Assembly: GCF_003704095.1 (NCBI RefSeq)
Contig: NW_020845941.1
Span: forward strand, 186,001-250,000
Direction: 5' to 3'
DNA length: 64,000 nucleotides
Source of the DNA: Pocillopora damicornis
Taxonomy: Eukaryota
A program made the translations under genes and the position numbers. Shown one piece after another: positions 63,501 through 64,000 of the stretch. Every line of letters starts with the position of its first letter. Position 1 is the first letter of the stretch. The notes under the pieces were generated by a model. That model ran no database searches, was not told the DNA's origin, and saw nothing but the letters and a program-made list of their open reading frames with translations.

Positions 63501-63581
63501 CAGGAATAAATCAGTGTGGTTTTTTTTTTCACAGATGGTTGCTCATGTTTTCCTGGTTGGAAAGGAGAGAAATGTAATGAA
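60506..63581 (+). CDS. NAGPA: N-acetylglucosamine-1-phosphodiester alpha-N-acetylglucosaminidase (uncovering enzyme), 5' part; continues beyond the window
   Basis: Signal peptide, furin-like RHVR|ECQ, FSVLEP, NAGFF, GVQNANFGIRRDG, QLVSGVIWILRNG, SARTALGHD and AINLDGGGSAT, then EGF repeats CNGHGQC. Exons 60506-61320, 62284-62412, about 63072-63271 and about 63535-63581. Confidence 0.93.
61321..62283 (+). other. Non-canonical GC-AG intron in NAGPA
   Basis: Donor AGG|GCAAGT and acceptor TAG|GATT. Joining gives GKTNHRG-IDLY, colinear with the family motif G.T..RGINL. Confidence 0.8.
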
Positions 63582-64000
63582 GGTTGGTATAAGTGATCTG
63601 AAAAAGAACTAAAGAAGGAATTGAAATAAAATTTTTTTTAATGCAGTCTTTGTTAAACAAAGACATCTTAATTTGAGCTTCATAATATCTATTCTCCTAA
63701 CAGTCTTCAATACCTTTAAGTTATTTCTTTCGATTTTTTTGCTCAGACTGAAGATTTTGTCTCAATCAAAGTTGAAACAATACACCATAGTTAACCTTTC
63801 CTTTTTTTCTTGTAACCTTTTTGCTTAAAAATGTATCACTATTGTAAGGAGAAAGTTGATTTTAGTCATTACTGAGAGTGAAAGGAGTAAGCCACATGTT
63901 GACCAACATATAGACTCAAACTTTTTCCTAATACAATTAAGAGTGCTAATTTGATTGAAAGAATATATATTTTCATTCTTTTTCAATCCTGATACTATAC

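Overview
AT-rich, intron-rich animal genomic DNA. The repeat families and gene content suggest a cnidarian, probably a scleractinian coral; this is inference. It is not prokaryotic. Genes in order: last exon of an iodothyronine deiodinase (+) followed by a well-formed SECIS element; RPRD1A/B (-) head-to-head with SAC1/SACM1L (+, containing a U12-type intron); NUDCD1 (-); a cluster of four beta-tubulin genes, three canonical with patchy near-identity suggesting gene conversion and one intact but strongly divergent, Cys-rich copy with a remodelled motor-binding helix and tail; TRAF7-like (-) head-to-head with NAGPA (+, GC-AG intron, runs off the window). Introns and spacers carry many TTAA-flanked MITEs, long-TIR foldback elements, tRNA-derived SINEs, an L2/CR1 LINE tail and Penelope-type remnants with degenerate hammerhead ribozyme cores. 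There are four assembly gaps (6967-7066, 24327-24426, 41014-41677, 48119-48218), three of which probably hide coding sequence. Exon boundaries were read by eye and may be off by a few bases.
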